64,000 nt of DNA from Antedon mediterranea (Eukaryota > Animalia > Echinodermata): assembly GCF_964355755.1 (NCBI RefSeq), contig NC_092673.1, forward strand, positions 33,787,648 through 33,851,647. The letters run 5' to 3'. Below are positions 62,166 through 64,000 of the stretch, piece by piece. Positions within the stretch are counted from its first letter, which is position 1; the number at the start of each line of letters is the position of its first letter. A program made the translations under genes and the position numbers. The notes beneath the pieces are model-generated. The model was not told the DNA's origin, searched no databases, and saw only the letters and a program-made list of their open reading frames with translations.

Positions 62166-64000
62166 TTAAAATCGCTTATTTATTCTTTAAAATGTGTTAA
62201 GAAGCCTGCAAACAGTTCAAATGGTTAAAGTAAACTAAATATACTAAATATTACCGTACAAACGAAAAGAAATTATCGAAACACTAATTAAAGAAACTCT
62301 AATCGGATTTTGGGATATTCTATTGTTCAGTTCGTTTAAAACTAATAGCGCCCTCTAGTAACGCAACGAAATTTATAATATCCTTCCATAACACAATCTT
62401 TTACTTTTCGCTCAAATGTATTGAATGTATTTTTATAACCTAGTGTTTATATACTTTTTAATGTAATAATATTTTATAAATGGTTGCATTTGAATTGTGT
62501 ATTTAAGATAAGTCCATATTTATTTTATTTTGTTGCACATCTCTTGAGAATTGTGCCTCTGTTATATAAAGAGAAACAATAAAATTATTATTATTATTAG
62601 TAATTTTATATTATGTCTAAGAAGATCTTAGATATTATGTACAAACTGAATACGTCTTGGGCGTATATAATAATGATTAATAATAAAATATAGAACGTTA
62701 ATTATTATTAGTATAATTATTTTAGGTTGTTGTCATTACCGCTATAAGTATATTTTTTTTCCTTTGTTATTACACCTGCCTTATGTTTTCCAAGTCCACA
62801 TTTTGGGACGAAAGTGGCCACCAAGGGCCTCTTATTATTAATAGTATAAAACAACAATGATAATAACAATCGATATGGGTAGCAATACTAAGATCAAAAA
62901 TCGACAAAGACACCACAGTGGAACGACCGGTTCCCACATTCACGAATTTGGCTATACGACGAATGATGAACACGAGTTTCGTTATAGTCTTAGCGAAAAA
63001 ATAAATTAAACGTGAACACACTATCGTCACTAATCACATTGCAACCGTAACAAAATCGGCAACTTGTAATTTTGGAGGGATTATTTTTTATTTCAATCTT
63101 TGTTTTGAATGGCTTTTGTCTTTGTGAACGTTGACATAATGGCATAATTATTCGGAATTATGGAAGCCGTGAAACAGATGATATGTCGCAGGAAACGACC
63201 GATTTATAACCAAAATTTGCAGAACGCTGATGCCTATATCGTTCGTTCTTTTTACTTCTTGTCAAATCATAATTTGAATATATTCTGCCAAATTTGGCCC
63301 GGGAAATATTTTAAGAGCTGGAATTAGTTTCCAGATCGACGCAAAGTGCGCCTTAAGAACAAATCACAAGTGGGAACCGACGTGTTCAACACCGACTGCT
63401 TTACGTTCATCATGATTCTCTCGATCGAAGAGGGGATGCAAAAATATATAGAAGAGTATTTTCTTATGTTGCGCGCGCGTCAATACGATACGTTGCGGTA
63501 GGATGTTTTCGTTTAGTTTATACGTTGGTTAATGAAATATTTATTTTACATTTTTCTTCTTTACATAGTACTGTCGCTTCACCAACCACACTAACCGATA
63601 CTGATAATATTATTTGTCCATTATGAATACATTAGAAAAACATTTTTAAACTGGCGAATAATTAAATCAGTAATACTGTAGTATTGGCTACAATGGGAAA
63701 AATATACAAGTTTAAAATACTATATACAGAATAACTAAAGGAAAATAAATATCTTATTGTATTTATTCATACATTTAGACAATAGGCAAATATTATAGAT
63801 AATAAACATACATCAACATAATAATATTTAAATGCAAAAAAACACAAACACATTGTACATGGTAACGTAAATTTCTTTCTAAAAAAAAAGAACAAAAAAG
63901 CCAAACAGATTTGATTGAATATAAATAGAAGGAAAAATAAGAAATAAATTCCATAGTAACAAACTTATTAACTATCTAAAGAATATTGATGATGGATTAA

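Overview
AT-rich, intron-containing genomic DNA from an invertebrate animal (echinoderm-like is a weak inference). There are two minus-strand genes. The first is a complete NUP214 orthologue: 30 coding exons traced by hand, 3822-22368, about 2094 aa. The second is a large NLR immune receptor (33864-44624, about 2741 aa) with two copies of a tandem-DED module, a NACHT domain, and about 14 copies of a 119-121 aa LRR super-repeat inside one 6.9 kb exon. Between them lie three Penelope-like retroelement remnants with four minimal hammerhead-ribozyme motifs, a non-autonomous hAT element and several minisatellites. Right of the NLR are satellites, an internally inverted LINE fragment, a tRNA-SINE, MITEs and an old ~1 kb duplication. 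The most unusual signal is that five NUP214 exon-intron junctions have each been tandemly amplified (2 to 25 copies) into the intron. This creates arrays of decoy splice sites, and use of any decoy would give a premature stop. The second is the near-identical, recombination-prone LRR array, whose variation concentrates at predicted ligand-facing positions. All coordinates and copy numbers were read by eye, and family assignments come from motif recognition, not database searches.
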